Source of the DNA: Tubiluchus corallicola
Lineage: Eukaryota > Animalia > Priapulida
Direction of reading: 5' to 3'
Length of the DNA: 64,000 nt
NCBI GenBank assembly: GCA_030141605.1
Contig: JAQGDQ010000042.1
Span: forward strand, 558,001-622,000
Shown: one piece after another, positions 27,601 to 47,400 of the stretch
Position numbering within the stretch: position 1 is the stretch's first letter
How the letters are laid out: each line of letters starts with the position of its first letter
Made by a program: the position numbers and the translations under genes
Notes under the pieces: model-generated
Database searches by the model: none
Told to the model about the DNA's origin: nothing
The model's input: the letters and a program-made list of their open reading frames with translations, nothing else

Positions 27601-29015
27601 TCATTTGAGATAAAGGATCTCTGTTTGAGGCCTTTTACTTGAGACAAAGGGCCCTTGTTTGAAGCTCTTTATTTGAGATAAGGGTCCCTCTTTGAAACCT
27701 TTTGTTTCAAATATGGGCCTCCAGCTAAGCAAATGTTGCCAAAATATATCACAAGTAAAAAATATTTGAGACGAGTGCGGGCAAATTATTGGGTGGCTCC
27801 ATCTATGGGGGCCCCATAATTTCATTAGCCTATGGGCCCCAAAAGGTTATAATCCGACCCTGCTGATACTGCATTTTTGCAAAATGGAAGGGCACATTTT
27901 TATGTATGATGACATGTTCAAATTTGAAATTATATTGCAAATTTAGTGTTTTGTTTTTTTGTTGCAGAAGTGATTTGGGTGATTATTACAGTAGCTGTTG
28001 ATGGTTTGTTGAGTGTTACACAACAGTTAAATTCCATGAATGCAAATGATACTCAGGCATCTCGCTCATCACCTGTATATCTGTCACAACCAGATGGATA
28101 TAGGTAGGTGGTGTGGTTCTGGTTATCTAAGATTTCCTACCAACTTGTACAGTTAATATATGTATAAATAATGACATAACCACATTTCAGTTAGTGTATT
28201 TCTCGCTCCAGAGATGACTAGTTGTCAGTACATAACAATGTAATAATGTATTTTAATGCCACCTAAATGTTAATATTATTGTGTGTCTCCACAGTCATTG
28301 AGAATTTTATATTGCCTGGTGATACATATTTTCCTAGACACATTTGCTTGCATTTTGACTTTTAACATTATTAATTTTGCCCTGTTTTACACTTATATTT
28401 TTGCACGTCTCAGTTTTAAATGATCAGGGATAGGCAGTAAAAAGCTCAAAAACTAACTGCAGAATGATGCTCGAAAAGTTTAATTATCTTTAATTACAGG
28501 ATAATTACCCATCTTTAGGTGAAGCATTCATGTCGTCTTTTTACAAGTGCAAAACTATTAGTGAACTTTGCTGTCTGCCTTTGTATACCTACGTTGTAAA
28601 AAATGAATTATTGCGTTGTCTAAAGTTAATTCTTCGAAGATCACAAGACACTGCTAGCATTAGTCATAAATGGTGCTGGCAGGAAACTGGCATTGGAGGA
28701 GATTTTTGATGCCAGCGGAGTAGTCAACACTTTAGCATTCTTAACTTCTCATTATGGGAATACTATACTGAAATTTATATAAGTTTAGTATTAATACACT
28801 TGTCTCTCTGTTTCAGAAATCCATTTGAAGGTTCAGGGTTAGGATTTCATCATCTCTCACCTCCACGAAGCAACAGTGCAGGAGCATCACCTACCATCAG
28901 TCCATTTAGCTCACCTGTACAAAATGATTTTATGACAGACCTAGTGAACAATTCCGCTAATATTTCATTGGACACGGGTCAGAATGACCAGGATATGAGC
29001 GAAGACATTACTTAG
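24687..29015 (+). CDS. ILRUN: Protein ILRUN (C6orf106 homolog; UBA-like plus NBR1-like FW domain), 280 aa
   Basis: Exons 24687-24841, 25758-25912, 26750-26947, 27968-28103, 28817-29015 (843 nt, in frame). Motifs GTTDKDVLISEFQKLLGHQLNPAGCAFFLDMNNWNLQAAI, DVTIGEGESVPPNTQFLKTWRVQNTG, PGMYQGQWRM, EVIWVII match ILRUN. Confidence 0.95.
24899..25105. mobile_element. PIF/Harbinger-like MITE in ILRUN intron
   Basis: Imperfect TIR agtggtgtttacctggcatcc / ggatgccaggcacatgccact flanked by taa / tta. Confidence 0.55.
27440..27862 (+). mobile_element. hAT-type MITE in ILRUN intron
   Basis: TIR cagggctggatta / taatccgaccctg; 8-bp TSD cttatact / ctgatact (1 mismatch); internal ~38-bp tandem units (tttgagataagggtccctctttgaa...). 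Confidence 0.8.
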
Positions 29016-30517
29016 CATTAGACTGCATTATATTCGAGTGTGCAAATGAAATGAGAGAGGTGAATGCTGTGTGTTGTGTATTTTTTAAGTTATCCTTGTA
29101 AAATTCATTAAACAGTATTTTTAATGTGTTCCACTGTTGCTGGAATTGTGAAGTCTAGTAATTGTGCTTAATAATTGTTATTAATACAAGCAGTGACAGG
29201 CACCGTGTGCCTAAAGAGACAGTATGTTACTTGCAAATCAACACTTTTACAAGGAAAAATAACAATAACAATTAAACAACAACAATAGTTTTTTCAACAA
29301 AGTAATTCAAACGTACGTGGCACAAAATTCATTCTATCATTCATCTTCATGTCATTGTCATTCTTTTATACAGTTAAACTAATGTCACGATTTGGATTTT
29401 TGCAAAATTAAATCATTTAAGCTACAAAAATTTGCCCTTATTGTAATCCATGAAAGGGGATTTGTAAAATTAAGGGGATGTCATGAATTGTAAATTTAGA
29501 TCTATTTCGATTTCATTTAATGAAAAACTGTGATGCTTCATTAGACTTATGTTTTTTTAATTCCTGTAAGGTTAGCAGCGGACCAATGTGACATATATAA
29601 TACAACATATATGGCATAGTGTCAAGAGAAAGTTCAAATTGAATAAAATGATGTATTAACTAATAACTCCCACTCTTCAATATACTCCAGTCAGAACGAA
29701 AATGAACTTATAATGTGTTTTATCGCGGATCTATATCTATGTACATACTGAATATAAACAAAGTGTTTGTAATATCGTAGTATTTGAGTATTAATGTATG
29801 ATTTCTACAGCATTTGAACCAAGTCCATTTGCCTTGTATTGAACATCGACAGAAATTGATTGTTGCATCATTTTTGTGCCATTTGAATTTTTTGGTACCT
29901 GTTATATAGCAACAGCTTTATGGCTGTATGATTATTTTGATACCAAACAATCCATTTTCCTTTTTGCATTTCTTTCTTGATTATGCATCTGTAACAAAGC
30001 TAAGTACTTCAGTAAATGTTCTGTACACCTTTGTGTTGTTTTTGCTTGTTTTTTGTATAAAAATATTTTGCACCTATTAAGAACTAACATGCCATGCTCC
30101 TTAAATTTTATAGCCTTTTTTATACCACGTTATTGTCTTATGAGAACCTTTATGGGCTTCATATATATGTATATTATAGGTGGCAAGTTTTTACGCAATA
30201 CTCAGTATTGAAATTAATGCAATACTTACCTAATCCTTGATTTTTTGCGATGTTTTAAAAAGATTTCATTCTGAATTATGAATGCCGTATTTTTTCAATT
30301 TTTGGCTTACAATTATTGTATTTATTTGTTATGTAGTTGGTTTGCTACATACAAAATCTGGCCCTTTGCAGAGAAAACAGTTTTACTGTACATATTTGTG
30401 CACACTGTATATATCGCATAGAAGACATTTTTGCTTGCGTGTTCATCAAGTTGTCAGCTAGGCCTTTCTTATGTAAAGGAAACTAAAAAGTTGCATGCAT
30501 GGATTATGACTTTTTGG

Positions 30518-30833
30518 AGCCACTAGGCTAATGAAATTATGAAACCCTGCAACTCGCCTGCACCCAATTCGAACATTTTTTTTACTTGTGATATATTTTA
30601 CCGACATTTACTTAGCTTGAAATAAACTTTTTGCAAATTATACAAATAAACTAGAATAGCTCTCTTTTGTTTCTCAATAAAATATTCTGTAATAAATACA
30701 ACTATTTTACTATTTATTGCAAACTAAATTAGCATGCATTTCAACACAACTGTAGTGAAAAAGCGATTTTTTACCCAAATTTTACTAAATCGTTGGGGTC
30801 CTTGGGTGTAGCCTATAAGATAATCCGGTCCTG
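30518..30833 (-). mobile_element. hAT-type MITE, reverse copy of the 27440 family, downstream of ILRUN stop
   Basis: taggctaatgaaattatg and ttttacttgtgatatattt are reverse complements of family motifs; ends taatccggtcctg. Confidence 0.65.
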
Positions 30834-32760
30834 ATTGCATATGAGAAAATGAACGCCAGAAAACAAACATTAAACGGCAGTAGTTTTCTTTTGTGTCATC
30901 AATTTCTAAGATATGATTACTGTAAAATGATTTTCTGCAGTTTTAGTATAATTGCTCAGAAAGTGATAAAGCAGTGTTAAGCTTTGTAACAACATGTATA
31001 AATGTTATGATAAACTGGACATTCAGAACAGCAGACTAATGTGTGAATGGTATTCAATTTATAGCAAAAAATGCTTCTAAAATTTTAATTTCCTAACTTT
31101 ATAAAATCAGCCAAAAAATCAAAACCATACTGATTTTAAAGTTATGTTACCATGACATTCGTCCTTTGGAATGTAAGATACTGCAGTTTTGTATGTCTTT
31201 GCTGAAACCATCATGCTGAAGGAAAAAAGTGTAAATTTAGTACTACTTGTGAATGTCACAAAATGAATCATATGTAAAAGTCATTTTACAATAATCAAAA
31301 TGTTCCATTTGGCAGGACCAAATCTGCAGTTTCAGTACAAATTTGATAAATTTGATTACACATGTTTTCGAGTTCGCCTAGCATTGACTAAGTGTTTGCC
31401 CACCCATACTGTAAACTTCTCTATAACTATTCAAACTCTGAAGCGATTTCAGATGAAATGAAATTTTAATAAAGTAGTGATTATGCAGCAATGTAATTAT
31501 TATATATTTAAATAAAACATCTATAATGTTACATTAATAATTTTCGTTAAGCTTAATTTTAATTTCTCTTACTTGGCGACTAATAATGTTTTCCTGAGAA
31601 AAACACCTTATTCCCAGAGTTGTATGAAATATTCAAATTATTACTAATGGTGAACTATAGCTGAGTGGTCACGATAGCTGCTTGGCCTTAACAGTAATTA
31701 GCAATGCTAGACTTGGTTAGTAAATGGTTGACTGGATTGAAAACTGCATCTGGGCGGTTTCATTCACCATATGGCTTCTTGTGGCTAAGACACATCTACC
31801 ATCGTACATCTGGCATGCTAGAGGATTATTCTTAATGACAAATTAGTCTTTGGTCCTGCCACAGCGGCTAACCTTGTGAATTTTCTACAAAATGCTCACA
31901 GCACAGGTGGTTCAAGGTTTACAAATACAGTAAAACCTCATCTAACGATGCTAATGCGTTCCACGTTAAAACGAAAGGTCATTAAGCAAATCCTTTCTGT
32001 ACCCTTGAATTAACAACATCAGTGCTCTTAACATGAACAAGTTTTATATCATTGGTAACACACACCCTAAGTTTATTTTGTATATTTTATGTACAGTAGA
32101 ATACTACAGATACCACCTCAATAACGAAAAGCATCTATAAATAAAGTGTCCTCAAAATAAAAGTTTCAATAACAATATCTACATTGGTGAAGAATTACAA
32201 TTACTAATTAATGGAATGGCAGAACGTACATTGTCATTTATCATCACAAAAAACATAAATAATTATTTACTTTCAAACCTCATCATAACGCCAGATCAAG
32301 GACATTACTTGTTATATTGGAAGATAGCGTTAAGGCGAAATTCATAAATAGGCGGTAATCATCTTAGGGTTTTTATTTATTTTAGTAACCCTAATTTATG
32401 TAGGTTCGTTGCAATTCTGATGAAATAAGAACAAACACTTAATTTGTCGTTATGTCTAGGCGCAAGATTACCTTACTCAAATTATAAGGTTTTAAGCAAT
32501 TACCATTAACGCATCATCAAATGCCGCTAATCCACTGCTGATATGCAACTAGTACTAACCGACACTGCAACACATTACCCCAATTACCCTTGAATCCAGT
32601 ATAGTTCTGCAAATTGCTTCAAATGTTTTGAAATAAGTGCCAATTCGACAAAGACTAATTGTACAATAGTTGATCTTGTTGTCTAAATTTTAAAATATAA
32701 AGTAAGTGTAAATTAAAGAAGTAATTTGCTTCATCACCATCTATTAATGCAGTTGCAGCA

Positions 32761-39763
<7,003 letters not shown>

Positions 39764-40184
39764 CTTAGCTTCCTGTTTTCATATAACTTAAGCCTGTAAT
39801 TAAACGCGTTAGCTTTTAATTTCAAAAGCTTAATCATTTGCATACTATATAGCAAATTAGACCTTTTTATAAGAAAGACTGATGAGACAGAGGATTGATT
39901 TGATAAAAGTGCTTTTTGTATAACTTTTGTCAGCATCATTTTTCATTTGTATAGTATGCAGCTTACTAGCTACACCAACCAGTTAAGGTTTTCATCCCAT
40001 TTTCATTGTACTACAAGAAGCAAATATACAATCTCAGCCATGTGAAGTATAGCCTGAGCAAATTCTAGGCTCTAATAACTTCAACAATAATGGAAAATGA
40101 TGTCAAATTTTCAATTCGTTTTTTTAACGAACCGAGCTCGACAATCCTTTTAAATTAACACCAAACTTCAGCCAAGCCCATGAA

Positions 40185-40530
40185 ATACTTTATTGTGCAT
40201 AGCTCAGCATTGTGCAAAAACACAGATTTAACTAAAGTTGAAAGGATCCGGACTTTGGTTTCAAGAGAAAGTCCATTATTTTCAAAAACCGTTGTGAGAT
40301 CTGAATATATTATAAGCAAACAATGCAAGATTTTTCCTTCTTTGTATGTCCGCTAACAGAAAGCTGCCAATTAAGTTATTTTACATCTTTCCACGAATCA
40401 TTACCTGCTCTCTGAATATGGTATTCTTCTATCTTCGTATTGTTGACTTTAAGATTATATTTTCCTAAACAGCAGCTAAATAGAAAGTAACGCAATCCAA
40501 ACTTTTGCTAATGGAGCTTTAATTCAATTT
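40185..40530 (-). mobile_element. RTE-like LINE fragment upstream of TYMS
   Basis: Reverse complement of 61100-61435; decayed WKRCK.LGSFL...KVRILSTLVKSVFL(H/Y)NAEL post-RT motifs. Confidence 0.7.
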
Positions 40531-40756
40531 TCGATTCCGGGTAAAAAAAATCATGAAATTTAGCTGGGCCAGGAAAAAGCCTGGGAAGTTCATATAATAC
40601 CTTTCGGGAAAAAAGTGAAATATATGTTTTTGCTGGGTTATTTTCACACTTTCAGTTGTTCACTTTTCAGCAGGATTTCCTTCTTATATATGTGCTATAT
40701 GATCGCTTTCCTGTTGGAACAACCATAACATTATACATCCTAGGCAATAATGAAGA

Positions 40757-41203
40757 TGTTGGGAGCCGAGTAACCCACTAGCCGAAGTAGGACAATTGGC
40801 ATACATGGGCTAGCCCAAGTAGGACGCGTCGTACAGGGGCTGCCCAAGTAAAACACTAGAGACAGGTTGCGAATTGAGTCGTTAAGCGTACTGGCACCGT
40901 CCGTTGTGATTGTTTGTGCAATAATAATAACTAAAAACGTCAATACAAGTTGAATAATTTATTACACATCTGATAAAATAAACGAATTTTTTTCACTCCC
41001 TCTTGGACAAATAATTGTTTTCTACTAAGTAAACGGGTTAGCGAGTTATGTTTTATTATGTCATAGATCTCGATGCTAGACAGAAATCGCTAGTGCCCTA
41101 CTTGGGCTGCCCATGTACGACGACACTGCTTTTCAACAAATCTAACACATGCGTTTTACCGGAAGTGTCTTACTTCGACTAGTGGGTTACTCGGCGCCCT
41201 ACA
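40757..41203. mobile_element. Second TGT...ACA MITE (447 bp), related to 17012-17985
   Basis: 38-bp TIR TGTTGGGAGCCGAGTAACCCACTAGCCGAAGTAGGACA (4 mismatches between ends); internal 40855-40990 aligns with 17140-17277; no clean TSD. Confidence 0.85.
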
Positions 41204-42322
41204 ATGAGGATGCTTTATTGCCCAGACGTTAGTCATTTACATGATTAATAAATTAATTGCTGGTGTTTTTTGTCAGTTAGAAAAACAGTGTTCATTGCTT
41301 TATTTATCTGCCCTTTTCTAATTCAGGTTAAATCATTCTTTTATTTTAAGCATCCATGGGGTACTTTAAGCATATTTATCCTGTATGAAATATAACTAGA
41401 ATGGAAGGACTGATGTCCTAGGATCTGACATTCTTTTTTTGGTTAATAGTTGATAGTTTCACTGGCTTGCTTCACTTTGCGTCAGAAAATAATGGGAAGT
41501 ATTTATTGCTGCATGGAATCCCTTTCTTTATAAAAATTTGGAAATGTGTTGCTGGGGTAGAGCCATTTATACGTTAGAATTAAAGAAACCTTACCATGTA
41601 ATAATGTATAGGGCAGATTCATTTAATGAGTGTGATCTATTTGAAGACTGTGTTGAGAAAATGAAAAATCAAACTCTGTTAGTCTGCACAATGACTCATC
41701 AGTATATTCATGCAAAATTTCAATTGGTTGATGACAGCTTTCAAAAATAAAATGTGACAAAACCAACACGAACAAACTTTATAAGGATCACACACTTCTA
41801 AATCCAAAAACACGATGTTTTTACAACAGGCCGCAGCTGTGAACAAAACAATCGTGCAATCTGAACATCTGCCCGAAATGCTAGTTACTTTTTTAACAAC
41901 ACTTGCAAGCACGTTAACCCGACTTTTTTGCACGTTCTCTAGAAAAAAATTGACATGATATAAAATGCCTATAAAAACTTCATCAAAACCATTTGTTTTA
42001 CGTTCATATGACTTAAAATTTATTCAGCACTCTATCAAATGCCTTAGTAAGAACAGTGCCTAAACATTTTATAAAATAACCCGCTTCACACTTTTCCTGT
42101 AACAAATACACATTTTGGCAAAGTCCCTTGAAAACAGATATTTTTCAAATAGATTTGGCTGTTACCCACAGACAAATTAAATAAAATATAGGAATTTTAC
42201 CCACTTTTGCTGTTTTGATCTGCAACTATAAATTTGTTTTCCCGCGAAACCACAGCGTAGACGCAGAAATGACAAACCTGACTAAGTTGAAAAAAACTAG
42301 TATTTGATTCCTCCTGCAGTTA

Positions 42323-42361
<39 letters not shown>

Positions 42362-42879
42362 TACATATATACATATACAATTATATATATTATAATTGCG
42401 TCTGAGAAACGTTTCGAAATGTTTTGCATATAACAGAACAGTAAAAGGATACACAGCCATATAAGCAGGCAAGCATTTACGACAAAAGACTTTAATTTAG
42501 AAAATTAAAATCCGTGGTTTATCAGCACTACTACCACAACTGTAGCTGACTTGATGACCAGTTGGTCTTTCGCTACCCTTTCTCCTGCATCCCCTAACTC
42601 TTTCCTTTATCATAATTTATCCTTTTTTAATTAATAGCTATAGCAATAATGGTCTACTTGTATTCTGGTGTAAATGAGGAGATAAATAAAATGTTTATGT
42701 CTATATCTATGCTTATATGGCTGGGCATCCTACTTTCTACAATGATTCAAGCACGTAGTAAAGATAGTTGCAGTAATGCACCAGTAATCACTAATCACTA
42801 TATATATATATAGCAGGATCTTATTGGAAATCAACCGTTTATTATTATTTCTCCAATTTTGAAATTGTAATAACTTCAA

Positions 42880-43600
42880 AAGTAAAATAGCTAGAACTTG
42901 CAGGGTAGGCACCTGAGGGTGGGAACTAACACTGATAAGGTATGGTCAAGGACCCTGGACATCGGCCAGTTTTTCATTTGTCATTCAACTCCTCCCAGGG
43001 TTTTGAGTTGCATTCAAAACTTTTTTCACGGGTGTTTAGGTCCTGTTAAGAGCTAGAATCATAAAACTTGCAGTGTGGGCATCTAACCCTAACATGAGTG
43101 GCCTCAGAACTGTTTAGGAGTGGTGACTCTTGGGTCAAAGTTTACATCAGCAGGACCCAAAATGTGGAAATTAGGATAAATGACTTTGGTCATTCAATTC
43201 CTCTTACAGTGTTGAACTAGGAGTCAATATTTATGCATTTGTGGGTACGCGGGCAAGAGTAGATGTGCTTTAAGTACTGTTCGAGTGTTAAAATGGGTTC
43301 TGATCAATAACTCTACAAATGTAAAAGCTAGAATCACAAAACTTGCAGGGTTGGCTCTAGAGGGTTGGTAGAGAGAATAACAGGTCAAAGGCTCAAGGAC
43401 ACGTGACATTGGTCAGTTTTTCCTTTGTCGCTCAACTGGTCCTAGGGTTTTGAGTTAAATTCAAAATTTTTTTCACGGGTATCTAGGTCCTGTATGGCAA
43501 ATGTGCATTAAGTATTTTTTTGGAAATAGGAGTCTAGGAAAGTTCCGAATTAGGAGTCAAAATGTGAAAATTAGGACAAATGGCCTTGTCAATCAACTCC
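42880..43600 (+). repeat. Diverged tandem array (~440-bp period) with gctagaatca.aaaacttgcag units
   Basis: 42885-43046 aligns with 43325-43493 (cagtttttc.tttgtc..tcaact, agggttttgagtt, ttttcacgggt.t.taggtcctgt); 43158-43200 aligns with 43558-43600. Confidence 0.65.
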
Positions 43601-43739
43601 ATGGGACTGCAATAAAATGGATTTCCTAACCACTGAGAATTCAGGAATAGCGAAATTATGATCTTGAGACAAAGATCAAGTCAGTAAAGATTTATCACAG
43701 TCAGCAGTTGCAATTTGGTTATAATGCAGAATCAAAAGT

Positions 43740-44885
43740 TTACGACTTTGTCATAAACAGGGTCCAGTATGTAACACTTATATTATTTATGTTTTTATAG
43801 AAGAATATCAGAATTTGACATTCAGTGTGTGACTTAGTTACAGACATGTTGAATAATGTTCTAACTGATTTGGAGGAGTGCGCAGACTTTGGTTTTCCAT
43901 GTGCTTTTTTAGAGTGGAATCCTCTGATTAAACGGAAAGCATAGTTTTGTAATGTGTTGATTTTGTCTATAGAATAGGCTACAGCGTATTTATAAAGTAA
44001 CATCCATACGTACTACGTGGTAAAACAAATGTTTTATAGATTAATAATTTAGTTTTCTCAATGAGCTGTCCTCTAACCTTAGTGAGAAAACTTATACCGG
44101 CTGACATTTTTTGATGAACATTATCTAGTTGTTTGTCCCATTTAAGTTATTACCTACAAAAATCCCTACAAGTTTTGCAACTTTTGCTTTGCTTGATTTT
44201 GTGTCCATTTATATGGATTGCTTTTGAAGAAGTGTTATTATCACTGGGGTGTGGCATAAATATCATGAATTCTGTTTTTGTTTAATTCATCATTAGTGTG
44301 TGGTTAGTTAAAATTTGATTTTCTCAAGATCATAATTATTCCAAATTTGAAACAGCATCATCTAAATTTATATTAAAGGTGCACAGACGTGTATCGTCTG
44401 CATACTGTGTTATATCACTTTTTGTAAAGCTTTCTCAATATCATTAACATTATAGTAAATAATAGCGGCTCTAATATTGCACCTTGTGATACTCCTCTTT
44501 TTATGGCTCCCCAAGTGGGCAAACATTCGTCATTGTACTTGAGTGCAGTTTGCTTAGATAGTTATTTGTTAAGTTTACATCATAGTCGTCAAACAAAATT
44601 CGTTTTAACTTTTGAAGAAGTAGTGTATGGTCAAGGCTGACGAACACTTAGCTCAGGCCAGGAAATGCCGTTGCGACATTTTCACTTTTATTTAGTTTGC
44701 TCCAAGCAGAAGCAATTCTGTGGCATATATTATGACATCTATCGTTGAGAATTTCTTCTAGAATCCACGTTGCAGACTAGATGAAATCTTGTTAGCTTCT
44801 AAATGTTCACACATTTGGTCACACATCACTTTTTCTAATACTCTGGCAAAACAGTGAACAATCGAAATTGGCTGATAATTTTGAG
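43740..44885 (-). pseudogene. Decayed reverse transcriptase of a CR1/L2-like LINE
   Basis: Minus-strand NYQPISI..VLEKV, LDHTLLLQKL, GVSQGAIL.PLLF and YADDT (tatgcagacgatac, 44391-44404) with stops and frameshifts. Confidence 0.85.
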
Positions 44886-46194
44886 GCCGCCTCACTTAGC
44901 CTTGACAAGGCCCTCTGTCTACACCCATCAGCCAATACTATGATCTATTTTATCCTCGCTCTGCATTTCTGTTGGTGTTCAGAAGCCACTGCCAGAGCAG
45001 TCTCTGTTTTTTTGCTGGATTACTGTTGTGTTTACCTGTCTTGAAGCCAGATATCTTTTATGTTAGAATTCTGCCTGCCCAATGCTTATAACAGACTTAC
45101 TGCACATATGATTTCTTTGGTGTCGGTTTGTTCAACTTGCTCTCATTCCAGAACTTAATTTTGTTATCAATGGCTCCTAGAGAATTCCTGATCATGTTAC
45201 AAAGGATAAGCATTTTGATAAGAAAATAATCTGTGATGCGTACATTTCGTCGTCTCTTGTATTTGAGGTTAGAGTTTATCAAATAACATTTTTATCCTCC
45301 GTTTATACTGCGCCGGTTTTAGCACTTTGACAGTTTGGGCTGCCAATTATTCTATTACATTTCACGGTACTAAAGTGTGTTGCTTGAAATACATATCGTC
45401 CCTTAGTTAAATGAAAATTAAATGAATTTTCATTTGTAGGCTTGAGATTTGACTTTTCTGTGTTAATTAACTAATTAGTCGATTGGATGGCAATTAACCT
45501 CAGTCAACGAGATGCTTTGACTGCGATTAACCAGAATTAACAGATCCACGACAATTACAAATTTGCTGTAAGACCGTATGAGCCACATGGTTTATTAATT
45601 CTAGCTAATCAAAATAACTGTTCCTAGATTTGACTTGGTATAATGTTCCAATGATTACAAATTCGGCGCCCCTATAACCGAGACGTAACGACGAACAATA
45701 GCACCAAATCCTGTGAGGGGGAGGGCAAAATGATCCTAAAATACAGTCCGATATTCACTGAAAATTATTCTTTGTGGCCACCGTCGGTAAAGGCCTACTA
45801 TCAAAGTGTCCAATTCTCAATGATTTCTATGCAACATGCGTTGAAATTTTTCATATTTGAGGGACTTAACCTTAACGAGGAGTTTACAGTAAAAAAGAAC
45901 GAAATTCAAATGAGAGTAATTGTTAACTTTCATTAAGCCCCTGCAAAGAATTTATTTGTTTCACAGGCTATAAGAGGCAAATTATAAGACAAACCATGAC
46001 GACATTAAAAATCGAATTTATTTTGTATAATTCAATTATTTAGTATTAAAAGTATCAGGTACACTTGTAATCATTAAAAAACACTGGCTAAGCGTCAGAT
46101 GATGGCTTTACTTTTCCACAAAGTTCTTTTTAATAGCATCTGTTTATCTCTTAATTATAACAATAATTTATTAGATAATATATAAATTTATCAA

Positions 46195-47400
46195 CTATCG
46201 ACGCCTCGAGCTCCAATAAGTCTTTCTCTGTTCGAGTTTTTCTAAAATATTTTTAAGGGCGGGAATTCCTATTCCTGGTTGATCTCCTGGTAGTCCAGTG
46301 TCGAAAATCTCCGAATCCTCTACTCCTGTGACATCATCTGGTAGCCTGTCAAGACAAAATTTTAAAAAAAGTGAGAAATAGCTTATTTGGTAAATCAAGA
46401 GATGTCCTTAAGTAAAGTTCTTAAGTAAAGGTACTCCTAGCATTACGGCAGACAAAAATTAATTAGCGACCTCCCATAATGAGGAATGTGTACTTGGTTG
46501 TCTTTTTTATCGTCGGTACGTGGTCACTTCGTGTAATGAAAAAACTACAAATAGCTGAGTAACCACTACTTAGACTAGCTAGTTCAAAATCAAAAATCAC
46601 TTGCTGTAATTATTAAGTACTTAAGTAACTAATTTGTAAATTAAAAATTTACCTTCTTTAAGATTAGCTTTGAACATGTATCCTAAACGACTTTCGGAGG
46701 GCAGTGGACGATATTACGTACATGTAAGTAATTCCAGCCCTGGGGGCGTATTTTCAATAGGAAAGTCAAGTGAACCAATTTTAAAAATTAAATTAAATTA
46801 ATAAAAATAAAAAAGCAGAAAATGTTCTAGTGCTCCAGTTTTTTTGTTTTTCTAGTTGACTAGAAGAAGCTCTAGCAAAAATAACATTCCCTTTACATAC
46901 ATGGACGGAATCATAGCCAAGTGATTTCATCGCGTAGGTCTTAATATGCTTGCTTCGCGTCGTCACATCAAACTTCGTGACCGCCTTGGGTTCTATACTC
47001 GCTTTGGGAGGTTTTATTCGATAAACTGACTCTGTTTGTTTCTTTCGTAGTGGTAAGGACGTATATACATGATTTAACGTAGCTAAGTCTAGTGACTGAT
47101 TTTAGAGAGACAGTTTGATAATGAGCTAGGTTCCTGTCCTTTCAGATATATCGCGTTGATTGGGCCAACCTGTTGAATGCTAGATGTCACGGTTATGACT
47201 TACATATCTAAATTTTCTTCATCCAAACGATTGGAGTGCCTAGAGAACCCGTCGTTTCTTTTGTTGAAGAACTGAAAGTGACAATTGCAGCTTCTCGTGG
47301 GTAGGCCCATGTCACATACCTCCCCACAAGACAGGGCGGCTGTTAGAGTGGTGATACATAGAAGTAGTACGCCCACAAACGAACATCTTATTAATGGATC
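46195..47400 (-). CDS. Putative secreted cysteine-containing neuropeptide precursor (partial; start exon not located)
   Basis: Exon 47204-47400 (acceptor tttgtttcag, donor gtaagt): DPLIRCSFVGVLLLCITTLTAA-LSCGEVCDMGLPTRSCNCHFQFFN-KR-NDGFSRHSNRLDEENLD. It joins in phase 2 to exon 46195-46345 (acceptor tgtcttgacag): MLPDDVTGVEDSEIFDTGLPGDQPGIGIPALKNILEKLEQRKTYWSSRRR*. Hydrophobic signal-like stretch, Cys peptide, dibasic site, acidic propeptide. Confidence 0.7.

Noticed and set aside
46790-47100. About 100-codon open stretch inside the neuropeptide-gene intron
   Set aside because: No phase-compatible acceptor found and no recognisable motif.
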